From: Nitrospira japonica
GTDB taxonomy: Bacteria; Nitrospirota; Thermodesulfovibrionia; Thermodesulfovibrionales; SM23-35
Direction of reading: 5' to 3'
DNA: 43,806 nt
Assembly: GCA_020725385.1 (NCBI GenBank)
Contig: DYFC01000055.1
Coordinates: forward strand, 1 to 43,806
A program made the position numbers and the translations under genes. Shown here in pieces: positions 7,603 through 16,795 of the stretch (positions are counted from its first letter, which is position 1; each line of letters starts with the position of its first letter). A model generated the notes under the pieces. That model saw only the letters and a program-made list of their open reading frames with translations, did not search any database and had not been told where the DNA came from.

Positions 7603-8820
7603 TCAAGCAAACCTCGTTTTGATTGTATTTACAAATCTGTACGTATAGTAAAATATTCCTTTTTCAGGGCATGGTATTAGCTGTGAATCGTTCATTATGA
7701 TATATCTATTCCCTCTCCATAAAACTTTATTGCTTAATAAAGGGATAAACCAGGTTAAGCCAATAAGAACATCTTTAATAGGCGCAAGAAGAAAAAGAAA
7801 CATGTTCATATCTGTTTTTATTGTCCTTCCTATATGTATGTCACCAATTACTTTAAGCGTACATACAAATAATGCAAAGCTAATTGTAATTAAAGAAGGG
7901 CTAAAAATCACAGGGAATATTGATAAAAATACTGAATTGCTCAACAACTCTGACAAATATTTTATACCTCCAATATGCCATCTCAGCTTTCCCCATCTGG
8001 TATGCCTGTTAAGAAACTGTCTTAACCCCCAATAGTTGTTTACATTCTTTATAATATGATTTGACAAAACAACTTTTTTACCTAAATTGTAAATTTTCTT
8101 TCCTAATATATAATCTTCAGCAAGCATGTCTTTGACTGATTCAAGACCACCGATAGCTTCTATATCCTTCTTCTTCATTAACATTGATTTGCCCACAACA
8201 CAAGGCATTTTCAGGAATCTATCAAGAAAACACACACTTCCTATCACAAAAGAATTTAAATGCAGATTCTCAAAAATAGAACCTAATGTATATCCTCCCG
8301 TGCCTTTTATAAGATTAGTTACAAGACCGGTTCCGGGATCATCAAATGGTCTGATTATTTCCCTAAGATAATTTTTTGATACCATAACATTGCTGTCGCT
8401 TATAAGAATATAATCATATTTTGCAATTCTATATGCAGGTATCAGATTATTTACTTTGGGATTTAACCCGGCGCAGCACTTTTCTACAAGCAAAGTTATT
8501 TTCTTTTCCGGATATTTTTCTTTTATTTTTTCTGCAACTTTGAAAGCCGGGTCATTATAATCCTGCAATGAAAATATTATTTCATATTCCGGATAATCCT
8601 GGTTACACATACTCTCTAAATTATCAAATAGATTGTCATCAAGACCTTTTAATGGTTTTAATACTGATATTCCCGGCAACCTCTCAAAGTTTCCGTCCCG
8701 GCGATTTATTCTTTGTTCAGCGCTGGTTATTAATATCTTTCTTATTGACCAAACCTGTAAAAAATATCCGATAAGACCTAAAACAACTATGAAAAAAATC
8801 ATTATTGTCAATATTCCCAT
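7603..8820 (-). CDS. Ceramide-glucosyltransferase/HpnI-like membrane glycosyltransferase (GT21/GT2-type)
   Basis: N-terminal TM, SVLKPLKG, NPKVNNL, ISDSNV, LAEDY, RHTRW ((Q/R)xxRW), C-terminal VLWRGNRY; SD AGGAG favours ATG 8820. Confidence 0.88.
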   Translation of the reverse strand: MGILTIMIFFIVVLGLIGYFLQVWSIRKILITSAEQRINRRDGNFERLPGISVLKPLKGLDDNLFDNLESMCNQDYPEYEIIFSLQDYNDPAFKVAEKIKEKYPEKKITLLVEKCCAGLNPKVNNLIPAYRIAKYDYILISDSNVMVSKNYLREIIRPFDDPGTGLVTNLIKGTGGYTLGSIFENLHLNSFVIGSVCFLDRFLKMPCVVGKSMLMKKKDIEAIGGLESVKDMLAEDYILGKKIYNLGKKVVLSNHIIKNVNNYWGLRQFLNRHTRWGKLRWHIGGIKYLSELLSNSVFLSIFPVIFSPSLITISFALFVCTLKVIGDIHIGRTIKTDMNMFLFLLAPIKDVLIGLTWFIPLLSNKVLWRGNRYIIMNDSQLIPCPEKGIFYYTYRFVNTIKTRFA

Positions 8821-8831
8821 ATTCTCTCCTT

Positions 8832-9524
8832 TCAATTTCTAAAAAGCGTAATTGCAACGCCTCTGTTATTTCTTATGCACTGCTTTACAGATTCGGTGTT
8901 CTTTTCGCAATCAAGAAGTGTCTTCCATGAATAAATATGACGTGCTCTATGAAAATCACTGTTTGCAATATAGGGATATTTTTTGAGACTTATAACATTA
9001 AAGACATCGTCTCTATTAGCTATCTCCCATGCATCAATGTATCTCGCATATTTTTCTCTGTTGTTCCATAAAAAAAGTGTGTCTCTATTAGTCATATCCG
9101 ATGTATGATGGGGATGACATGCAATTATTAGCGCATCCTGTTCTTTGGCTTCAAGAAATATTTTCTCGTAATCCCAGCAAGCAGGGATAAACTCTTTTAT
9201 GTCAATAATAAGAATATGCGCTGATTTATCAGGTGAAAGATAATTTTTTGTTATTTCTACCCCGGGAATTATCAACATGCCGTATTTTTCCCATGCTCTT
9301 TCAGCTTCCCGGTTTATTTCTGAAATGTATTTATTAAAATTATCTTTCTTTACCGAAAATTTGAAACGATGAGCGAGTTTTCCGAAAGTATTATCACCAT
9401 TAACTACATGGTCAGTGATTGAGATTACATCAAATCCAGCCTGCCCGAAAAGGTCAACAGTTCTGCGAAGTTCAACAGAACCATCAGAATATTTGGTGTG
9501 AATATGAAAATCACACAATAACAT
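8832..9524 (-). CDS. PHP-domain phosphoesterase
   Basis: DFHIHTKYSDG, ITDH, PGVE, AHIL, CHPH, NSDFH. Confidence 0.9.
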   Translation of the reverse strand: MLLCDFHIHTKYSDGSVELRRTVDLFGQAGFDVISITDHVVNGDNTFGKLAHRFKFSVKKDNFNKYISEINREAERAWEKYGMLIIPGVEITKNYLSPDKSAHILIIDIKEFIPACWDYEKIFLEAKEQDALIIACHPHHTSDMTNRDTLFLWNNREKYARYIDAWEIANRDDVFNVISLKKYPYIANSDFHRARHIYSWKTLLDCEKNTESVKQCIRNNRGVAITLFRN

Positions 9525-9531
9525 TAATATG

Positions 9532-9586
9532 ATAATAAGATTTTTAAATTACAACTTGATTAAAGATTCATGAAATTTTTGTTAAA
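9532..9586 (-). promoter_or_regulatory. Pho-box array (4 units) and -10 for the PHP-GT operon
   Basis: + strand AATTACA 9547, GATTAAA 9558, CATGAAA 9569, TGTTAAA 9580; sense -10 TATTAT 9537-9532; ATG 7 nt further on, no SD. Confidence 0.7.
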
Positions 9587-10814
9587 AATTTCTACTTTTA
9601 ATCAGATGGGAATAATATATTGCAGCTTTTGTTGGTTTACGCTCCAATGTATCAAAATTCACTTTATAGAGGCCGAATCTTGCATCGAGACCCTGAAGCC
9701 ATTCATAATTGTCAATAAGTGACCAATAGAAATAACCTCTAAGATCAATACCCTCCCTGATACATTTTTCAACAACATCTATATGGCTTTTCATAAATCT
9801 TATCTTTTTCCTGTCATTTCTTGTAGCAATACCATTTTCAGTAATAATAAGGGGAATACCAAGTTTAGAAGCATATCTTAGCACTTTTTCAAGACCACGC
9901 GGGTGAATTTCCCAACCCATATCTGTAAGCCCGTAACCATCAAGATCTCTGTGCCTAAGTTCCACCCCCATCTTTTTAAGGGGATTGAATCTCAAATGAA
10001 CCCTCGTGTAATAGTTGACCCCGAAAAAATCGAGTTTATCTTTAATAGGCAAAGAAATTTTCATAACTCTCCTGAAAGGAAATTTAAGATGCAGGGTTCC
10101 TGTTAGAAAAGCATCAAGCAGTGAGTGATTGTAGAAATATTTAGCGATTTTTGAAAGCAACCGGTCGGTAGGATTCCATCTTCTCCATGGAGCGAATGCC
10201 GCCATATTGTGGGCAACCCCGACCTTTGCATGAGGGTTATAGACGTGGATTATATCATATACTCTTCCATGACAGGTTAATATGTTCTGCAAAGCTCTAA
10301 CAGCAAGGGAAACATCTTTTATACCCGGAGGCATGCATCCCTCTAAATAGCCACCGAGCAAGAGAACATACGGTTCATTGAAAGTTATCCAATAATTTAC
10401 TCCTTTTATTTTCTTTATAATTCTCCCGGCGAATTCAGTGAATTTATCGACTGATTCATCTTTATGCCATGGAAACTTTTTTATAAACCATAGCGGATGT
10501 GTAAAATGGTGAAGAGTTAAAAATGGCTCTATATTGCTATCCGTTAGAATGTCAATTATCTCTTGATAATGATTTACGACATTTTCATCCCAGATTTTTT
10601 CTTTAGGCTGAATCCTGCTCCATTCAATCGAAAAACGGTAGGCATTGACTCCTAACTCCTTTAATAATTTTAAATCCTTTTTGTAAAGATTATAATGGTC
10701 AGTAACATTAGGGTTGAAATTTAGTATCGAATCCCATTCTGCCCAGTCTGCATAAGGAGATCCTTCAAGTTGAAATGCAGAAGTTGCCACACCCCAAAAA
10801 AATTTATTTTTCAT
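9582..10814 (-). CDS. Glycoside hydrolase family 1 (beta-glycosidase)
   Basis: FFWGVATSAFQLEG, YRFSIEWSRI, TFNEP (acid/base), ITENG (nucleophile), WSLIDNYEW; no signal peptide. Confidence 0.95.
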   Translation of the reverse strand: MKNKFFWGVATSAFQLEGSPYADWAEWDSILNFNPNVTDHYNLYKKDLKLLKELGVNAYRFSIEWSRIQPKEKIWDENVVNHYQEIIDILTDSNIEPFLTLHHFTHPLWFIKKFPWHKDESVDKFTEFAGRIIKKIKGVNYWITFNEPYVLLLGGYLEGCMPPGIKDVSLAVRALQNILTCHGRVYDIIHVYNPHAKVGVAHNMAAFAPWRRWNPTDRLLSKIAKYFYNHSLLDAFLTGTLHLKFPFRRVMKISLPIKDKLDFFGVNYYTRVHLRFNPLKKMGVELRHRDLDGYGLTDMGWEIHPRGLEKVLRYASKLGIPLIITENGIATRNDRKKIRFMKSHIDVVEKCIREGIDLRGYFYWSLIDNYEWLQGLDARFGLYKVNFDTLERKPTKAAIYYSHLIKSRNF

Positions 10815-10875
10815 GTTAGATTATTTTACCCTCATTATATAAAGAATATTTTATTGAAAAATAACTAATAGTGAA

Positions 10876-10903
10876 AGAAAAGCCCTCCCGAATAGGGAGG
10901 GCT
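10876..10903 (-). terminator. Intrinsic terminator after the porin gene
   Basis: AGCCCTCCC/GGGAGGGCT 9-bp stem followed by TTTCTTTC on the minus strand. Confidence 0.8.
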
Positions 10904-10931
10904 GGGGTTAGCAGTGCTTTATATTAGGCGT

Positions 10932-12071
10932 TTATAAAGCAACCTGCAGTGTGAGCTGTATTCTTTTGTCATCCTTTTTGCTGGAATCTTCATATTTCAC
11001 AGTGTCGTAATCAAGGATGATCATATTCTTGTGAGGCTTGTCAAGATGATATGCTGCTCCTATGATATACCTTGTATTTTCATTATCATCAAGATCGGTA
11101 TTCGGGTCAAACTTATCGTATCTTCCAAATATCGAAAATTGTTTCATGGGTTTTACTTCTGCAAATAATGAATAACCATCTTTCTTAAATTCATCATCAC
11201 CATTCTGATTTCCTTTTCCTTTGTAGTACTGAGCTGTAGCAGTTATGTACTGATGCTCATAGCTCAGCATACCAAGATTGACATTCCAATCAGGGTCTGT
11301 ATCCTTGTTACCTTTTCCTGTTATTCCGAAGTAGGAAACCTGTAAACCGGGCACAATATCAGGAAGCGGTCTTATTGTAATTCTGCCTTCTAATGCCTTG
11401 TTGTCATTTTTCTCTGCTGCGTGATAACCACCACCGTTATATATACCGAAGGACACACTACCATATCTTCCGGGATAATAGCTATTTACACTTTTCTTAT
11501 AATCATCATTCATTTCCCCGCCGAGCAGAGATACAAAAGTAAGACCAAAATCAGCTGAATTAAATGTTTTATTTCTTTCGATGAACATCGTATCCTGTGC
11601 ACGATAGAAGTTCACATGCTCTTCAAAATCAAGCCATGGCATGTGAACAACACCTGCTTCTATAAAAGGTTTTGTTAAGAATGCGAAATCAGGAAGTTTG
11701 AATTTACCATAAGCATATTTAATTCTTACCTGAATTGAATCCGAAAGCTTGCTATCTTTGATCGATGCTTGTGTTGTATCAAAAGTAATATGAGCATCGA
11801 ACCACGGCATTAGTTCTTTTGTTATTCTTACATAACCTCTCTTGATTGCAAATTTGTTCCTATCAATTCCATCACCAGCCGAACCGCCTACATCCGAGCC
11901 CTCACCACTCATGTAGGAAAGATACCATAGCAAACCAAATTTCAGGTCCTTTAAAGATTTCACAACTTTCTCAATATCCTTTTGGGATATTTCCTCTTCA
12001 GCAGCTAATGCTGAACCTGTTACTGTGAGCATTAAACATAGACTCACTAACAAAATAACTACTTTCTTCAT
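10932..12071 (-). CDS. Outer-membrane porin, probably phosphate-selective (OprO/OprP-like)
   Basis: Signal peptide, FAIKRGYVRI, RIKYAY, amphipathic beta-strands, GRYDKFDP; Pho-box promoter. Confidence 0.75.
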   Translation of the reverse strand: MKKVVILLVSLCLMLTVTGSALAAEEEISQKDIEKVVKSLKDLKFGLLWYLSYMSGEGSDVGGSAGDGIDRNKFAIKRGYVRITKELMPWFDAHITFDTTQASIKDSKLSDSIQVRIKYAYGKFKLPDFAFLTKPFIEAGVVHMPWLDFEEHVNFYRAQDTMFIERNKTFNSADFGLTFVSLLGGEMNDDYKKSVNSYYPGRYGSVSFGIYNGGGYHAAEKNDNKALEGRITIRPLPDIVPGLQVSYFGITGKGNKDTDPDWNVNLGMLSYEHQYITATAQYYKGKGNQNGDDEFKKDGYSLFAEVKPMKQFSIFGRYDKFDPNTDLDDNENTRYIIGAAYHLDKPHKNMIILDYDTVKYEDSSKKDDKRIQLTLQVAL

Positions 12072-12172
12072 GCTAATTCCTCCTTTTTAAGATTTTTTTG
12101 TTGTACAAAAAGCTTTCTATATTTATTTTCTTGATACCCCAATTTTGAATTTCCGAAAATATTAATTTTGTT

Positions 12173-12227
12173 AATTTAATATTTGAATGTTACATGGATA
12201 TTACAATTCCGTTAACTTTCAATTAAT
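12173..12227 (-). promoter_or_regulatory. Pho-box array (3-4 units) and -10 for the porin
   Basis: + strand TGTTACA 12188, TATTACA 12199, CGTTAAC 12210, AATTAAT 12221; sense -10 TAAATT 12178-12173. Confidence 0.8.
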
Positions 12228-12460
12228 TTTAAATGGCAAAATACAGTTGTACGGGATAACAAATAAAAAGCAAAGAACAGAGAGCAAAATAAAGAGTGGA
12301 AAAGGAACTAAGTTGCCAAAATTCCAGGTAACAGAGGATGTAAGGGGTAAAGCGTGAGATGTGAAAACGTAAAATTATTCAATGTGTTACATTCAAATTT
12401 ATATGTCCTGTCTAATTGAGATATTAACAGGTTATTGAGGTCAATAAATCAATATAAATA

Positions 12461-14233
12461 TTACTCAGACGGAGCAATTATATGCACGGCTGTTCCAACA
12501 CCTTCTGTGCTTTCAATAAACATTTCCCAGCCATGCGCTCTAACAAGATGTTTTACTATTGCGAGGCCAAGACCTGTTCCACCAAGTTCCCTCGAGCGAG
12601 CTTTATCGACTCTGTAAAATCTTTCCCCTAAACGTGGCAAATACTTACCGGGTATTCCGGTTCCTGTATCTTCTACAACAATATCAATGCAATCTTTTTC
12701 TTCATCTTGAATTTTGAATCTTGAATTTTGAATCTTTATTTTAATCCCACCGTTGTTTGTAAATTTAATCCCGTTGTCAACGAGATTCATAAGTATCTGT
12801 ATGAGCCTGTCTCTATCTGCTTTGATATACTTAATACCGGATGGCAGTTCTTTATTTAAATAAAGCTTTTTGGAACCGGCTTTTTCAGAAAGAGTCTTAA
12901 TCACCAAATCTATTGCTTCTTCGAGATTAACATCTGTCTTTTTAATAGTGACATCTCCAAGTTCGATGCCGGATAGAGTCAAAAGATCATTAACAAGACA
13001 ATTCAATCTTTCACTATTTGCCTTGATTGTCTGAAGAAATTTTCTTGCATTTTCTCTATCATCAATTGCTCCATCAAGCAAGGTTTCGGCAAATCCTTTT
13101 ATGGCTGTAATAGGTGTTTTTATCTCATGTGATACATTAGCAACAAAATCTTTTCTAACTTCTTCGAGCTTTTTAAGTCTTGTAATATCGTGAAAAGTTA
13201 AAACAACTCCTGACAGTTTTCCGGAATTTTCAAATGAATGAAATGGAGAAGCTGTAACAACTATAAAAAGTTCTTTTGGGCTCGAAATTGTAAGCTCTTT
13301 TGATATTCTGTCATTTTTCTCCGCTACCATATCAATCATTTCCATTAGTTCAGGCTTACGAAGTGCTTCAAGAAGAGTTTTACCTTCAATACCGGAATTA
13401 ATTCCGAATATCTCTTTAACTGAATTATTATGCATTATTATTTTCCCTCTCAAATCTGCAAGCACAAGTCCATCGGATAAATTATAGATAATTGCCTCAA
13501 CCTTCTTTTTTTCGTCTTCGCTCTGTTTCAGCCTCTTTTGAAGTTCCTCAGCCATTTTACTTATATTCATTCCGAGTTGTCCGAGTTCATCTTTTTCGTT
13601 TAAAAAAAGCCTTCTTTTAAAATTACCTTCAGCCACATCTTTTGAAAAATCCGCAATTTCTTCTATGGTCCTTGTAACTTTTCTGGTCTGAATTATACCT
13701 ATCATGAGCGCTACAAAGGAAAATAGAATAGCCACAGAAATTATTCTAAATCTTATCTTATTGACAGATTTTGTTATCTCATTTAATGGCATAGAAAGCC
13801 TGAGAAATTTTTTATGTTCATCATTCATTGATATTGCAAGATAAAATTGATCGTGCTTTAAGGTACTGCTGAATCTTATCGAACTGCCGGCTCCACTTAT
13901 GAATGCATCTCTTATTTCAGGCCTGTTCAAATGATTTTCCATATGTTCGGATGGCTCATCAGAATCTCCTATTACTCTGCCATCATGATCAATTATTGTT
14001 ACTCTTGCACCTGTAATATTTTTGTAATGCTTGCAAAAATCATCGAGATTCCCTGAAAAAGACAACGGAATTTTTTCCTGTATAATTTTGGCATTCACAA
14101 GAAGATTTTCTCTAAGACTGTTGACATAGGTTTCTTTGATTTGCTTTGAAAGATACAATTCAAGTGAAATCAATAAAACAGGCGTGAGAATCAAATATAT
14201 AAAAAGAATTCTTCTAAAAAGTGAATGTTTCAT
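12461..14233 (-). CDS. phoR: Phosphate regulon sensor histidine kinase
   Basis: Two TMs, ENHLNRPE, HAMP, PAS, FVANVSHEIKTP, ERFYRVDKARSR..GGTGLGLAIVKH. Confidence 0.93.
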   Translation of the reverse strand: MKHSLFRRILFIYLILTPVLLISLELYLSKQIKETYVNSLRENLLVNAKIIQEKIPLSFSGNLDDFCKHYKNITGARVTIIDHDGRVIGDSDEPSEHMENHLNRPEIRDAFISGAGSSIRFSSTLKHDQFYLAISMNDEHKKFLRLSMPLNEITKSVNKIRFRIISVAILFSFVALMIGIIQTRKVTRTIEEIADFSKDVAEGNFKRRLFLNEKDELGQLGMNISKMAEELQKRLKQSEDEKKKVEAIIYNLSDGLVLADLRGKIIMHNNSVKEIFGINSGIEGKTLLEALRKPELMEMIDMVAEKNDRISKELTISSPKELFIVVTASPFHSFENSGKLSGVVLTFHDITRLKKLEEVRKDFVANVSHEIKTPITAIKGFAETLLDGAIDDRENARKFLQTIKANSERLNCLVNDLLTLSGIELGDVTIKKTDVNLEEAIDLVIKTLSEKAGSKKLYLNKELPSGIKYIKADRDRLIQILMNLVDNGIKFTNNGGIKIKIQNSRFKIQDEEKDCIDIVVEDTGTGIPGKYLPRLGERFYRVDKARSRELGGTGLGLAIVKHLVRAHGWEMFIESTEGVGTAVHIIAPSE

Positions 14234-14934
14234 TCCTGATTTGCTTCAAAAAAATAACCGATTCCGCGAAGGGTTTTTATATATTTAGGTTTAGCCGGAT
14301 TTTCTTCTATGCTTGAGCGAAGTCGTCTTATATGGACATCAACCGTTCTCGGTTCCACAAATGCTTCACCTCTCCATACTGCATCGAGAAGTTGATCTCT
14401 ACTGAAAACCCTCCCTTTTCTTTCAGCAAGATATAGAAGCAATTTAAACTCAGTAGCACTCAGTTTGACAGGCTTATCATTAACAGTAACAATGTATCTT
14501 TCCCTATCTATTACCAGATTTTCTATTCTTAATATTTTTTCGGGTTCAATTTCTTTAGCAGTTCTTCTAAGAATAGCTTTGATTCTTGCTATTAATTCGC
14601 GCGGGCTGAATGGTTTTGTTATATAATCATCAGCACCCATCTCAAGCCCTAATATCCTGTCCACCTCTTCACCTTTTGCAGTAAGCATAATTATAGGGAT
14701 TTTAGAAGTTTTTTGATCATTTCTTAAAATCTTGCAAAGTTCAATTCCTTGTATCCCCGGGAGCATTAAATCAAGAATAATTAAATCAAATGTATGTTTT
14801 CTGATAGTCGCAAGAGCTGTTTCTCCATCTGAAGCTGTATCAGTAATAAAACCTTCTTTTTTCAAATTATAAGTAATGAGTTCTCTTATATCGCTTTCAT
14901 CATCAACAACGAGTATGTGTTTTGTGTTTGCCAT
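14230..14934 (-). CDS. phoB: OmpR-family phosphate regulon response regulator (PhoB/PhoP)
   Basis: VVDDE, LDLMLP, GADDYITKPF, RTVDVHIRRLR; coupled to phoR. Confidence 0.92.
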   Translation of the reverse strand: MANTKHILVVDDESDIRELITYNLKKEGFITDTASDGETALATIRKHTFDLIILDLMLPGIQGIELCKILRNDQKTSKIPIIMLTAKGEEVDRILGLEMGADDYITKPFSPRELIARIKAILRRTAKEIEPEKILRIENLVIDRERYIVTVNDKPVKLSATEFKLLLYLAERKGRVFSRDQLLDAVWRGEAFVEPRTVDVHIRRLRSSIEENPAKPKYIKTLRGIGYFFEANQE

Positions 14935-14955
14935 GATTAATTATATCACTATAGA

Positions 14956-15933
<978 letters not shown>

Positions 15934-16047
15934 TTAATTAATATAACATTTCTAATCCAAATAGTGATGAGTTAACCATATAATGTATGATTCATTTCAG
16001 GGTCATTTATAATCTCTGACTATATACTTTTGGTAAGGTGCATAAAT

Positions 16048-16081
16048 CTGGAGCTGGTGGGAGGAGTTGAACCCCCGGCCA
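16048..16081 (-). repeat. att direct repeat (degenerate copy of the tRNA-Thr 3' end)
   Basis: 31/34 identical to 30290-30323. Confidence 0.92.
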
Positions 16082-16108
16082 TTTGGATAGACTTTCGTTT
16101 TTTCATGG

Positions 16109-16402
16109 TTAAGCCTTTTTGGATTCCAGCCTAACAACAACTTTTGCATCAAGGGCGTTCGCTATCTTTTTCAAAGTAGAAATTTTAGGGAGTCCATGGG
16201 TAAGTCCCTCGATCCGGGAAATCGTAGACTGAGGCATGCCGGCCTTCCTGGCTACTTCTTCCTGTGTCATTTTTTTCTTCAGCCTTTGCTCAATGATGCT
16301 CCGTGCAAGCTCGTACTCGGGAAGAAGCTTTTCATATTCCTCCCTGACCTTTTTATTCTTGAGCAACTCCCTTACATGTTCTTCATACGTTATCTTTTTC
16401 AT
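16109..16402 (-). CDS. XRE-family HTH antitoxin (HigA-like)
   Basis: MTQEEVARKAGMPQSTISRIE..PKISTLKKIANAL; downstream of toxin. Confidence 0.9.
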   Translation of the reverse strand: MKKITYEEHVRELLKNKKVREEYEKLLPEYELARSIIEQRLKKKMTQEEVARKAGMPQSTISRIEGLTHGLPKISTLKKIANALDAKVVVRLESKKA

Positions 16403-16403
16403 G

Positions 16404-16757
16404 TTACACCTCTCTTGAAAGATACTCTTTCATTCTCTGTTCTGCGATACCTATCTCCTTTGCAGGAGTCTTGTCCGTCTTCTTTATGAAACCGTGCAAT
16501 AGGACAAATTTCTTGCCTGTGTGGGCAAAGTATAATATTCTGCTGATACCTGATTTATCCTTAATCCTGATTTCATACAACTTCTTGTGTCCTGTAATCT
16601 GTCTCACATAGGGTTTTTTTACATGAATTCCATATTCCTGGAGCAACCGGGTGATAAAAATATACTTTGCCTGACCTTCAGCGGATAAGGAATCGATAAA
16701 CTCTTTTACAGGACTTTTTCCTTCGCAAGTCACATAGTATTCGATTGACCAATCCAT
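16404..16757 (-). CDS. RelE/ParE-superfamily toxin (HigB/Gp49-like)
   Basis: GKSPVKEFI, LYEIR, RILYF, LLHGFIKKTDKTP. Confidence 0.9.
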   Translation of the reverse strand: MDWSIEYYVTCEGKSPVKEFIDSLSAEGQAKYIFITRLLQEYGIHVKKPYVRQITGHKKLYEIRIKDKSGISRILYFAHTGKKFVLLHGFIKKTDKTPAKEIGIAEQRMKEYLSREV

Positions 16758-16762
16758 TGTTT

Positions 16763-16791
16763 AGTATATAGCATGCATGCTATAAAATCAA
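16763..16791 (-). promoter_or_regulatory. TA promoter with 18-bp perfect palindromic operator
   Basis: TTGATT-17-TATACT; TATAGCATGCATGCTATA at 16767-16784. Confidence 0.85.
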
Positions 16792-16795
16792 TCCC

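Noticed and set aside
16048-16081. Second tRNA gene
   Set aside because: Only the 3' 34 nt are present; it is the att duplication.
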